A DNA stretch of 56,720 nt from a virus. Its lineage: Duplodnaviria > Caudoviricetes. The notes under the pieces are model-generated. The model was not told the DNA's origin and made no database searches. It saw only the letters and a program-made list of their open reading frames with translations. A program made the translations under genes and the position numbers. Below are positions 9,349 to 17,417 of the stretch, one piece after another. Position 1 is the first letter of the stretch, and the number at the start of each line of letters is the position of its first letter. The stretch covers positions 1-56,720 of the IMG/VR virus record IMGVR_UViG_3300045911_000181; one strand, 5' to 3'.

Positions 9349-10026
9349 TTACTTCCTCCGACCATTGACACCGCCGCCGGTAGTCGTCGTGAACGACACG
9401 TTATTCAATGCAGCTTCGTCCACGTCCGCCGTCAGATTCACCGAACGCTCGAACCCGGACAGGCCCTTTGACACATTCGACGTATAGGTCCCACGGATCG
9501 CACTGGTCGCATACATCGCGCCCGCCGTGTTCGCCGATGCATAGTTCACCGAATTCGCGATGTTGATGCTGGATGCAGCCGCCGCCGCGTCCATATCCGC
9601 GCCGAAATAGGTGAAGCCCCATCCTTGCTTCTGCCGGATGTCAATCAATGCCTTGATCGCTTCATGGCTGAAATTCTTCGAAGAGTTCTCCGCGCCGTCC
9701 GTGAAAATGTACACAAGGACATTCTGTTCGCCCTCTTCCGCCGTGTCAATCCGCATGCCGACCGCATCGTACAGCGCGGTCATGCCATTCGGCTTATAGT
9801 CGGCTGTCCCGATTTCCTTGACTTCACTTAGCGGCTTGTTGGCGAACACCACCGTTGCTTCGGAAGAAAACTTGGTGAGACTGACCGTGTACTCAACGTC
9901 CTTGGTCTTCTCTTCCTTCCGCATTTCCTGAATCTGTTCGTTGAATCCATTGATGACAGTCTTCTGTTGACCTTCCATCGAACCGGACTCATCCAAGATA
10001 AACTCAACTCTGATCTTGTTCTTCAT
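9349..10026 (-). CDS. VWA domain protein
   Basis: MIDAS ILDESGSM, GMTALYDA, FTDGAENSS, WGFTYFGA; AGGAG RBS before ATG 10026. Confidence 0.9.
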   Translation of the reverse strand: MKNKIRVEFILDESGSMEGQQKTVINGFNEQIQEMRKEEKTKDVEYTVSLTKFSSEATVVFANKPLSEVKEIGTADYKPNGMTALYDAVGMRIDTAEEGEQNVLVYIFTDGAENSSKNFSHEAIKALIDIRQKQGWGFTYFGADMDAAAAASSINIANSVNYASANTAGAMYATSAIRGTYTSNVSKGLSGFERSVNLTADVDEAALNNVSFTTTTGGGVNGRRK

Positions 10027-10058
10027 TCTCCTTCCTTGGGTGCCCATGCCACCCTATG

Positions 10059-10244
10059 TTATGTAGACTGTCCACCGGCGGTCTTCGTGCGCAAAGTGGG
10101 ATTATTTTCCAACTTTTCACGCAGCCGCCGGGCGGCGTCCAACTTGAGGAAGGCAATTTCATAGTTGCCGTTCTTCTTGGCGGACTCCGCTTCGAGTTCA
10201 CACCGGTCAATTTCAGCTTGAATCAAATCACGATCCATGACCAT
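10059..10244 (-). CDS. small helical protein (UVR-like coiled coil)
   Basis: AKKNGNYEIA...ARRLREKL pattern. Confidence 0.5.
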   Translation of the reverse strand: MVMDRDLIQAEIDRCELEAESAKKNGNYEIAFLKLDAARRLREKLENNPTLRTKTAGGQST

Positions 10245-10267
10245 CTCCCAAACCCCTGAAATGAACT

Positions 10268-10672
10268 TTAACTACTGGTGGTGCTGACTTCGGAAAACGA
10301 GTTCGGCGGTGTGTGATCGAAGTCGTAGTCCGTAACCTCATCATGCGCAAACATCGCCATCCGGTAGTGGTGACGATCCTTGTGCATGATGATGCGAATG
10401 ATGATATTGTCGTCGCTGAAATTCGGCAAACAGTCTACAAGGAACCCGTCCACAATTTCCTTTTGCTTCGCCAGATTCAATACCGACGTGAGCGGTGTCT
10501 TGAGATCAGAGCATGAAAAGGAATTGGTGAACCAACCAAGTTGAGCCGCCCGTTGAACCACTCCGAAGAGAGTGTCCCGCAATCCGTTTAAGTCATTGAA
10601 CTCTGACGGAATTGACCACAACTCTTCGGGATCAGCACCCACAACAACATCATTTGATAATCGAAAAGCCAT
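10268..10672 (-). CDS. hypothetical protein
   Basis: 134-aa ORF with GGAG RBS. Confidence 0.6.
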   Translation of the reverse strand: MAFRLSNDVVVGADPEELWSIPSEFNDLNGLRDTLFGVVQRAAQLGWFTNSFSCSDLKTPLTSVLNLAKQKEIVDGFLVDCLPNFSDDNIIIRIIMHKDRHHYRMAMFAHDEVTDYDFDHTPPNSFSEVSTTSS

Positions 10673-10696
10673 TGACTCCCTTCATCGTAGCGTGGC

Positions 10697-10903
10697 CTAT
10701 CCCACGCGAAAACTGATAACCTTTCCCTCTTGTACCGTGAAGGTCACACGGTTTTGTTTCACATCATTGGTTAGCGGGACCGGCATACCGGGTTGCACCA
10801 CGCGCACTTCCATTCCTAGTTGTGTCGCTTTTGCGGTGGCTTCCGTGATCGGCTGGCCCATGAAATTCTGTTTGACGGCAATCGCCAAGGCTTCATTCAG
10901 CAT
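10697..10903 (-). CDS. serine protease inhibitor, potato inhibitor I / I78-like
   Basis: GQPITEA...VRVVQPG...LTNDVKQNRVTFTV..GKV...VG. Confidence 0.7.
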   Translation of the reverse strand: MLNEALAIAVKQNFMGQPITEATAKATQLGMEVRVVQPGMPVPLTNDVKQNRVTFTVQEGKVISFRVG

Positions 10904-11141
10904 TTTCTTCCTCTTCGTTTTCTTCTTCTGGTTCCCGGCTGAGCCAAAGAACTACCACCACACTGATGAATACGAATGATCCTGACCATGCTGCAATCAC
11001 CACAACAGGATTCAATGCGAACGTGTGGAACGACCAGCGGACAGCAACAAAGAGTCCGGTGAGTAGCAGGATCAGTAGATTGATGCCACCAAAGACGGCA
11101 ACGTATTCAGCAATGCGTGAACGGATTTTTTCGGCTTGCAC
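10893..11141 (-). CDS. small membrane protein
   Basis: Two TM segments and an acidic tail. Confidence 0.65.
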   Translation of the reverse strand: MQAEKIRSRIAEYVAVFGGINLLILLLTGLFVAVRWSFHTFALNPVVVIAAWSGSFVFISVVVVLWLSREPEEENEEEENAE

Positions 11142-11214
11142 GTGATGAATTTAGACACGCCAGAAGACGGCATCCCAATCATATTCAGTCTGTTGTGCAA
11201 TGCTCGGTTCGGTG

Positions 11215-11575
11215 GATATGGAATCTACCTAGCGCGGGCTACTCCGCTAAGTCGATTCCCTATCGCGTCTGTCGTGCTTCGGACAGGCGGTCGCCCTTGA
11301 TCTTGGTGGTCGCTACCAGTGGTTCTCTATCGGTGGCTCCGGGGTCATACCGCATTTTTCCAAGCATCCCCATTGAAGGGGTCAGGTATGGGTCCGGTGA
11401 CTGACGACACTCCACACGCCGCTCTACATGGTCTGTCACGGGTATTCCCGTCGTTTGCCAAAAGCCATGCAGCCGGGTCAATTCCCGACGAACTGCGGTC
11501 CTACGTGCCGGGCACCTTTCGGTGCCGATATCCTGATTAGGCTTGGGGTGACTGAGAACGTCTTGATCGCCTGAT
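11215..11575 (+). ncRNA. candidate large structured non-coding RNA (~360 nt)
   Basis: Four nested long-range helices and about 8 local hairpins in a ~480-nt region without a credible ORF; G-U pairs favour the plus strand. Confidence 0.7.
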
Positions 11576-11625
11576 ACCTATATAGCATAGAGGTTCGATG
11601 TTCAGAACCTAAAACGGCGAAGTCC

Positions 11626-11957
11626 ATGAAAACATTCCAAAGATTCCTTCGAGAGTCCTACGAACTCTTGCCCGGCACCCTCTTGCTGATCGTTCAAGGT
11701 GGCGGGTTCAACCGTCGTATCCAGTATGGCGTAACGACGGGGCGGGTGGTTTCGTCAAGCCCGGCGACATCATCCAAAACCATTTGCAATTGGATGGTCT
11801 GCCCGGCGGCTCAGTGATTGAATCCACGTTGTCGGGTGCGGACGGCCAGTACAAAAAGACGGATTCGTTCAAATGGACCAAGGTCGGATCACCGACCGGC
11901 ACGAAATTTGACTCGTTTCACTTTGACACATCGCTTAAATACAAGTGGGTCAAATAA
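11626..11957 (+). pseudogene. frameshifted putative internal head protein
   Basis: MKTFQRFLRE start; near 11745 the plausible protein continues in another frame (FVKPGDIIQNHLQLDGLPGGSVIES...YKWVK*). Confidence 0.55.
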
Positions 11958-11960
11958 TCT

Positions 11961-12515
11961 ATGCCAATGGACAGCACCGCCGAACAACTGATCGGCATCA
12001 TCAAGCGTCAGCCGTCGAATCCGAATTTCCTGAACGCGCACCGGTTCCGCATGGTGCTTCATCGCACGCCGTCGATGATCTATTTCATGCAAGAAGTCAA
12101 TCTGCCGGGGATCAGCACTGGCGCGCCGATTCAGCCTACACCGTTCGTTGATATCCCTCATCATGGCGATAAGTTGGTGTTCGAAGATTTGACGGTCAGT
12201 TTCGCGGTGGATGAGGACATGAAGAACTACCGGGAAATCCAACAGTGGTTGTACGGATTGACTTTCCCGCAAAGTTTCGAACAGCACGCCAATTTGGTGC
12301 AAGGCATGCATAACCGGTATTCCGACATTTTGCTGGTGATTCTCAACAGCAACTATAATCCGCAACACTATGTCATGTTTCGGCAAGCGTGGCCGTCTTC
12401 GCTTGGATCAATCCAGTTCAACAGCAAGGATCAGGATGTGGTGGTCCAGCCGGTGTCGGTGACGTTCAAGTATGCGTTTTATGAATTTTTGGATATCGGT
12501 GACGTGTCATCATAG
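11961..12515 (+). CDS. 3: tail completion and sheath stabilizer (T4 gp3-like)
   Basis: NPNFL...F, QEVNLPGI, GDKLVFEDL.V.F.VDEDM.NY.EI..WL, AWPSSL, VTFKY; gp3-uvsY-uvsW synteny. Confidence 0.9.
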   Translation: MPMDSTAEQLIGIIKRQPSNPNFLNAHRFRMVLHRTPSMIYFMQEVNLPGISTGAPIQPTPFVDIPHHGDKLVFEDLTVSFAVDEDMKNYREIQQWLYGLTFPQSFEQHANLVQGMHNRYSDILLVILNSNYNPQHYVMFRQAWPSSLGSIQFNSKDQDVVVQPVSVTFKYAFYEFLDIGDVSS

Positions 12516-12548
12516 CTCCTAAGTGATTCACTCACGAAAGGACAACTC

Positions 12549-13127
12549 ATGCTCGAAACAATGCTGGCTCTAACGGGCCTTGCGTTCTGGACGGTTGCGA
12601 TTGGCACCGTCATCTTCTGTCTCATCATCATGGCCTTGGTGGAATTCAATCGGCCATTTTGGGCGACATTTCTGGTGATTTTGACGACTACCGTATTCGT
12701 CTATGCGACGAAATATCCGTTGTGGGATGAAGTGCGGAACAACCCGCTCCTACTGTTCTACTGGACAGCCGGGTTCTTGTTAGCCGGGGCCGGGTGGTCA
12801 CTGTTCAAGTGGTGGCGTCATGTGGATCGCGTTGTGAAAAGTTGGGCGAAGCGCGGCTACACAGATGACCTCCGCAAGCTCGAAAAGATCAAGGCCGCTT
12901 CTTCGGATTCGTCTGTTGATCTGCCATATGAGATTGATCCGGGACATAACAAGGATCGGTTCTTCGGCTGGATTGTCTACTGGCCCTTTTCTCTGGTCTG
13001 GACTCTGTTAGATGATCCGCTTCGGGCGGCGTTCGAGTTCATGTACGACCAGTTTGGTCAGTTCTACACGAAGATCGCGCAGCGGGTGGCCCGCCGGATC
13101 GCTTCGACCGTGAAGATCCCATCCTAA
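12549..13127 (+). CDS. multi-pass membrane protein
   Basis: 3-4 hydrophobic segments; WIVYWPFS. Confidence 0.75.
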   Translation: MLETMLALTGLAFWTVAIGTVIFCLIIMALVEFNRPFWATFLVILTTTVFVYATKYPLWDEVRNNPLLLFYWTAGFLLAGAGWSLFKWWRHVDRVVKSWAKRGYTDDLRKLEKIKAASSDSSVDLPYEIDPGHNKDRFFGWIVYWPFSLVWTLLDDPLRAAFEFMYDQFGQFYTKIAQRVARRIASTVKIPS

Positions 13128-13135
13128 ACAGCATC

Positions 13136-13606
13136 ATGGTACTGGAAGACTACGCGGCTCTGGCAGACAAAGAGCTTCGGATCGATGTGACGCGGCTGGT
13201 CGAAGAGGCCGCGTCCATCGCTTATCTCCACGGTCGGTGGATGAAGTTCTACGAAGAAGAGAGGAGGCAGTTCCGCCGCATGAAGCGCGAAGTCGCCAAG
13301 ATGTACACGAAGCGCTTCAACTTCTATCGCGGCACCGGCGACCCGGATGACTTCCCGAATGAACGTCCGCCCGATCTGATCCTTGACACTTCGATGAAAA
13401 CCGGTACGAAGAAACGTAGTCACACGCCGGTCAATGTCGTCGAAATGTACATGGAATCCGACGATTTGTATCAGGACATGAAAGACAAACTGGACGATCA
13501 GGAAATCCTTCTGGACTATCTCGAACAATGTCTGAAGGGCATCGCTTTCCGCCGGAACCAGATCGACACCATCAACGAAACCCGCAAGTTCGAGTTTGGA
13601 AGGTGA
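13136..13606 (+). CDS. uvsY: recombination mediator UvsY
   Basis: Helical protein, FYRG.GDP, YMESD, I..RKFE.G C-terminus; position between gp3 and uvsW. Confidence 0.8.
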   Translation: MVLEDYAALADKELRIDVTRLVEEAASIAYLHGRWMKFYEEERRQFRRMKREVAKMYTKRFNFYRGTGDPDDFPNERPPDLILDTSMKTGTKKRSHTPVNVVEMYMESDDLYQDMKDKLDDQEILLDYLEQCLKGIAFRRNQIDTINETRKFEFGR

Positions 13607-13607
13607 C

Positions 13608-13862
13608 ATGGACAAGATCGTGTTGAAAATGCATGATGGCACCGAATATACAGCCGAACAAGCCATCGCATTTCTGGACCCGGAAAAGGTCTATCGGATG
13701 GGTATTTTCGGCAATCAGCAAGTCGTGATCGAAATGAAAGACGGCACACGTTACTTCCCGATCAGCGGCCTGATGCATGAAATTTTGCTCGAAGAGATCA
13801 TGGCCGAAATCGAAACGGAAGCGCTCAATTCCGCGCCGCCAATTACTCCGGTGATCCAATGA
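13608..13862 (+). CDS. hypothetical protein
   Basis: ORF with duplicated M(H/K)DGT.Y motif. Confidence 0.6.
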   Translation: MDKIVLKMHDGTEYTAEQAIAFLDPEKVYRMGIFGNQQVVIEMKDGTRYFPISGLMHEILLEEIMAEIETEALNSAPPITPVIQ

Positions 13863-14032
13863 GTGCGTTCTACTTCCATTACAACAAACCGGCGTCGCAG
13901 AAAGCTGGCAAGGTTCAAGTGAGCCTTCACTACAAAGACACTTGCCATGTGATCGATAACATTGATGCCCGCGCACGGGCACACGACAGAGGAACGCCCA
14001 CATGTCCCGGCGGGTCATCTTATCGAAATTGA
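13859..14032 (+). CDS. small hypothetical protein, possibly disrupted
   Basis: MSAFYFHYNKPASQKAGK...HYKDTCHVIDNI; ATGA overlap with the upstream stop. Confidence 0.5.
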   Translation: MSAFYFHYNKPASQKAGKVQVSLHYKDTCHVIDNIDARARAHDRGTPTCPGGSSYRN

Positions 14033-14058
14033 ACCGGTAGACCGGATCTTGGTAGCTT

Positions 14059-14325
14059 ATGAAGAAACTCTTGATCGTTCCTTTTCTGTTGTTGGCTGGA
14101 TGTTCGCAAACTGAGCCGGAAAAAACACTGGCTACGTCCAATCCACAGTTCGAAGTGGATGTCATCGGTAAGGTGGATGGATGCACAATCTACCGGTTCC
14201 GCGATTCGGGTAGACCGCATTACTTTGTGAAGTGCGCTGACGGGGCGGCACAGACGATGACGAATCAGAATTGTGGGAAGAACTGTCAGTATCAGGATCA
14301 CATTCCGACCGTAACCACGCGCTAG
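14059..14325 (+). CDS. lipoprotein (DUF4884-like)
   Basis: Lipobox LAGC; FEVD...VDGCTIYRFRD.G..HYF. Confidence 0.75.
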   Translation: MKKLLIVPFLLLAGCSQTEPEKTLATSNPQFEVDVIGKVDGCTIYRFRDSGRPHYFVKCADGAAQTMTNQNCGKNCQYQDHIPTVTTR

Positions 14326-14369
14326 ATCCGCGCATCTAGTGCTCAAAATGGCCGCGTATAAACACATGC

Positions 14370-15902
14370 GTGGTCGTAATCCGCAAAGTCAACGAATCCT
14401 ATCTTCAGGTTGACGCCGATCCCGGAATCGTTCGAGAGATCAGCGAAGTTCTAACCTTCGAAGTCCCGAACGCACATCACATGCGCCGCATGATGGAGAA
14501 GCGCGGACGCAAGATGTACAACAATTGGGATGGTCGCATCAAGCTGTTGGACTATCGCAATGGCGCGGCCTACCTTGGTCTTCACAGATTCATCCGGCAA
14601 TACTGCGAAGAGAACAATTACGAAGTTCAGTACGAAGACAACTTCGATTCTGAAAATCCGTTTTCCTTGTGGGAAGCGCGAAAGTTCTTCGAGTCTCTGA
14701 AGCTGTCTGTACAGGGAAAGCCGCTGGATGTGCGCGACTATCAAGAGCGCGCGTTTGTGCATGGCGTTCAGCGCCGCCGGGCTATCCTCGTTTCCCCAAC
14801 AGCGTCCGGCAAGTCCCTCATCATCTATTTGCTCTTGCGGTATCTCCAAACGTACAAGATGGGAGATCCCGCGCGCGGGGACGCGGGGAAGATTCTTGTC
14901 ATTGTTCCGACTACATCGCTGGTCGAACAGATGTACTCCGACTTCGCCGATTACAGCGCGGCTGACCCGGATTGGAACGTCGAAGAGAATGTCCACCGGG
15001 TTCACTCCGGGGCCGAACGAAACACGGATCTTCCGATCACGGTGACGACGTGGCAGTCCATCTATCGCATGGATGAAGAGTGGTTCTTACAGTTTCACGG
15101 AGTCGTCGGTGATGAAGCCCATCAGTTCGATTCCAAGTCGCTCAGCAAGATCATGTCTTCGCTGACGAACGCGGCCTATCGTTTCGCCACGACCGGCACA
15201 CTGAAGGGTTCGATGGTCAATGAAATGGTGCTGGAAGGTCTGTTTGGTCAGGTATACAACGTCACCACGACGCGCGAACTCATGGACGCCGGGACGGTCG
15301 CGGATCTGACGATCAAAGCACTGGTGCTTCGGTACTCCGATGAGGATTGCCAGATCATCAAGGGTGCCGACTTCCATGCGGAGCGGGACTACATTTCCGC
15401 CCACACGACCCGCCGCAACTTCGTCCGCAATTTGGTTCTCAGCCTGAAAGGAAACACGCTGGTCCTTTTTGCGCTGGTGGACAAACAGGGAAAACCGCTG
15501 TATGAGTCGATCATGGAGCGGGTGGAACCGGGCCGGAAGGTCTTCTACGTTTCCGGGGAAACCGAAGCTGACGACCGGGAACAGGTGCGCCAGATCACCG
15601 AACAGGAAGAGAATGCCATCATCATCGCCAGCTATGGCGTCTTTTCGACCGGCGTCAATATCCGCAATCTGGACAATCTGGTATTCGCCGCCGGGACCAA
15701 ATCCAAGATTCGGACCCTTCAGTCCATCGGGCGCGGTCTTCGCAAGAGCGACCGGAAATCGACTGTTACGGTGTTCGACATCGTGGACGATTTGAGCGTT
15801 AAGTCCAAGAAAAACTTCGCTTTACTGCATTTCGCCGAACGTCTGGCGTTCTACGCGGCGGAACAGTTCCGGTACAAGATTTACCGGATTGACCTGTCGT
15901 GA
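14370..15902 (+). CDS. uvsW: DNA helicase UvsW
   Basis: RDYQ, SPTASGKS, VPTTSLVEQM, DEAH, STGVNI, QSIGRGLR; TATAAACA at 14357-14364. Confidence 0.95.
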   Translation: MVVIRKVNESYLQVDADPGIVREISEVLTFEVPNAHHMRRMMEKRGRKMYNNWDGRIKLLDYRNGAAYLGLHRFIRQYCEENNYEVQYEDNFDSENPFSLWEARKFFESLKLSVQGKPLDVRDYQERAFVHGVQRRRAILVSPTASGKSLIIYLLLRYLQTYKMGDPARGDAGKILVIVPTTSLVEQMYSDFADYSAADPDWNVEENVHRVHSGAERNTDLPITVTTWQSIYRMDEEWFLQFHGVVGDEAHQFDSKSLSKIMSSLTNAAYRFATTGTLKGSMVNEMVLEGLFGQVYNVTTTRELMDAGTVADLTIKALVLRYSDEDCQIIKGADFHAERDYISAHTTRRNFVRNLVLSLKGNTLVLFALVDKQGKPLYESIMERVEPGRKVFYVSGETEADDREQVRQITEQEENAIIIASYGVFSTGVNIRNLDNLVFAAGTKSKIRTLQSIGRGLRKSDRKSTVTVFDIVDDLSVKSKKNFALLHFAERLAFYAAEQFRYKIYRIDLS

Positions 15903-15903
15903 G

Positions 15904-15911
15904 TATAAATA
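15904..15911 (+). promoter_or_regulatory. perfect T4 late promoter upstream of gp55
   Basis: TATAAATA. Confidence 0.7.
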
Positions 15912-16011
15912 CGGGGATTGTCGTCACATTTGAAAAGTGTGGCGATTTCTCTTGGTGAAACGAGTTTTTGGTGTGCCGGTGCGCACCGATAATGGAAGGG
16001 TAGTCGGTGTG

Positions 16012-16143
16012 TCAGTATCCGAAGTGAGACTTGATGAGATTCATCACCAAGATGAACCACGCAATTCCTACGACGGATAGAAAGATCCATCCGACGAACA
16101 ATGCCATCGCGATCTTCACAACGAATCGCAGAAAGGACAACAT
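16012..16143 (-). CDS. 43-aa membrane peptide (not in ORF track)
   Basis: MLSFLRFVVKIAMALFVGWIFLSVVGIAWFILVMNLIKSHFGY; preceded by TTGACT-N17-TATGCT. Confidence 0.6.
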   Translation of the reverse strand: MLSFLRFVVKIAMALFVGWIFLSVVGIAWFILVMNLIKSHFGY

Positions 16144-16179
16144 ATGCCTTGAGCATAACAGGGATGGACATATAAGTCA

Positions 16180-16764
16180 ATGGAGCGCAAGAAAAATCAG
16201 TACGTGGACAACAAAAAGCTATACGACGCCCTTGTCGAATGGCTGAAGGACCGAAAGACGGCACAGAAGAACAAGGCGGCGCAAATGCCACCGCTTCCCG
16301 ATTACATCGGTGAGTGTATCTTGTTGATGGCTAACCGGTTAGCTCAAAAGGCCAACTTCGTCAACTACACTTTCAAGGACGATATGATCGGCGACGCGAT
16401 GGAAAACTGTCTCCGGTATCTTCACAATTTCAATCCGACCCGGAGCACGAACGCCTTTGCGTATGTGACACAGATCCTTCGCAACGCTTTCGTTCGCCGG
16501 ATTACGCGGGAACGTCGGAACTCCTACACTAAGGCCGTGCTCATCAGCCACGGCATGCCGGGCTACACCGTTCAGGATGGCGATGAGAACGACTACACGA
16601 ACACCTACGTGGACTTCCTTCAGGAGAATGTCACGGATGTGATTGAGAAGTTCGAGTCCGCCAAACAGCGGAAGAAAGCCCGCCAACAGAAGAAGGTCGG
16701 TCTGGAAAACTTCTTCGTGGAAGAAGCGGCGGCTACCGAAGTCGTCGGGGCCGGGACGCGATAA
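16180..16764 (+). CDS. 55: late-transcription sigma factor gp55
   Basis: YVDNK, PDYIGEC, NFVNYTFKDDMIGD..ENCLRY.HNFNP..S.NAFAY.TQI..NAF.RRI. Confidence 0.95.
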   Translation: MERKKNQYVDNKKLYDALVEWLKDRKTAQKNKAAQMPPLPDYIGECILLMANRLAQKANFVNYTFKDDMIGDAMENCLRYLHNFNPTRSTNAFAYVTQILRNAFVRRITRERRNSYTKAVLISHGMPGYTVQDGDENDYTNTYVDFLQENVTDVIEKFESAKQRKKARQQKKVGLENFFVEEAAATEVVGAGTR

Positions 16765-16765
16765 A

Positions 16766-17194
16766 ATGTCGGCGGGGTGTGCGCTCCATCCCGCCTACAG
16801 TTCGCTCTTCGTCCAGACCACCAGCATCCCCGGTCTTCAGGATGCGTCGAAGATCGGCCCGTTGGTCAAGCAAACAGTCATCCCCGGCGGCGGTCGTGGG
16901 AAGTCCAACACCATCGCCTATGAAGACCTGTTCGTAAAGATCCAAGAGACGGCGGATCTGACCATCGTCAAGTTCCTTAGCTGGCTTCAGAAGTCTTCCG
17001 GTGACCTTGCCACGGCGACTATCATCGTGCAAGACGCGAACAATAAGGATGTGTTGAAGGTCGAATTGGAAGGGCTGGAAATCACGAATGTGAGTAGCCT
17101 TTCTCTTTCGATGAGCGACTACATCGGAAGTGACGGCGCGTTGGATTATGACGTGACGTTTCGCGTCGGTCGCGTGAAGTACGTCGTCCTCTAA
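16766..17194 (+). CDS. divergent gp3/tail-tube-fold protein
   Basis: SIPGL, IAYEDLFV, SWL, ATIIVQDANN and VTF align in order with gp3 at 11961. Confidence 0.55.
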   Translation: MSAGCALHPAYSSLFVQTTSIPGLQDASKIGPLVKQTVIPGGGRGKSNTIAYEDLFVKIQETADLTIVKFLSWLQKSSGDLATATIIVQDANNKDVLKVELEGLEITNVSSLSLSMSDYIGSDGALDYDVTFRVGRVKYVVL

Positions 17195-17210
17195 CCATCC
17201 ACTCCCCTCA

Positions 17211-17243
17211 ATGGCCGCGTTTCCGCGCGGCCATTTTTGTTTT
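17211..17243 (+). terminator. Rho-independent terminator
   Basis: ATGGCCGCG...CGCGGCCAT followed by TTTTGTTTT. Confidence 0.8.
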
Positions 17244-17276
17244 CACTTTATCCCCGGAATACGACAATAGAAAAGG

Positions 17277-17417
17277 ATGTCGGACCCACACTCGATCCAT
17301 TTTGCCTTTGTTTTTGGCCTGATCGTACTCGTTTCGCATGGTCCGGCGGTGATGGAGTTCACTTCCAAACTTTGCCGCAAGGTGAAGGGAAAGGCCCGAC
17401 TATCGAGGTTTGAATGA
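17277..17417 (+). CDS. small membrane protein (46 aa)
   Basis: Hydrophobic segment then basic tail; ATGA overlap with gp47. Confidence 0.45.
   Translation: MSDPHSIHFAFVFGLIVLVSHGPAVMEFTSKLCRKVKGKARLSRFE

Noticed and set aside
11215-11625. RNase P, tmRNA or group I/II intron identity for the large RNA
   Set aside because: No GAGGAAAGUCC, tRNA-like ends, domain V or convincing P7; it does not interrupt a gene
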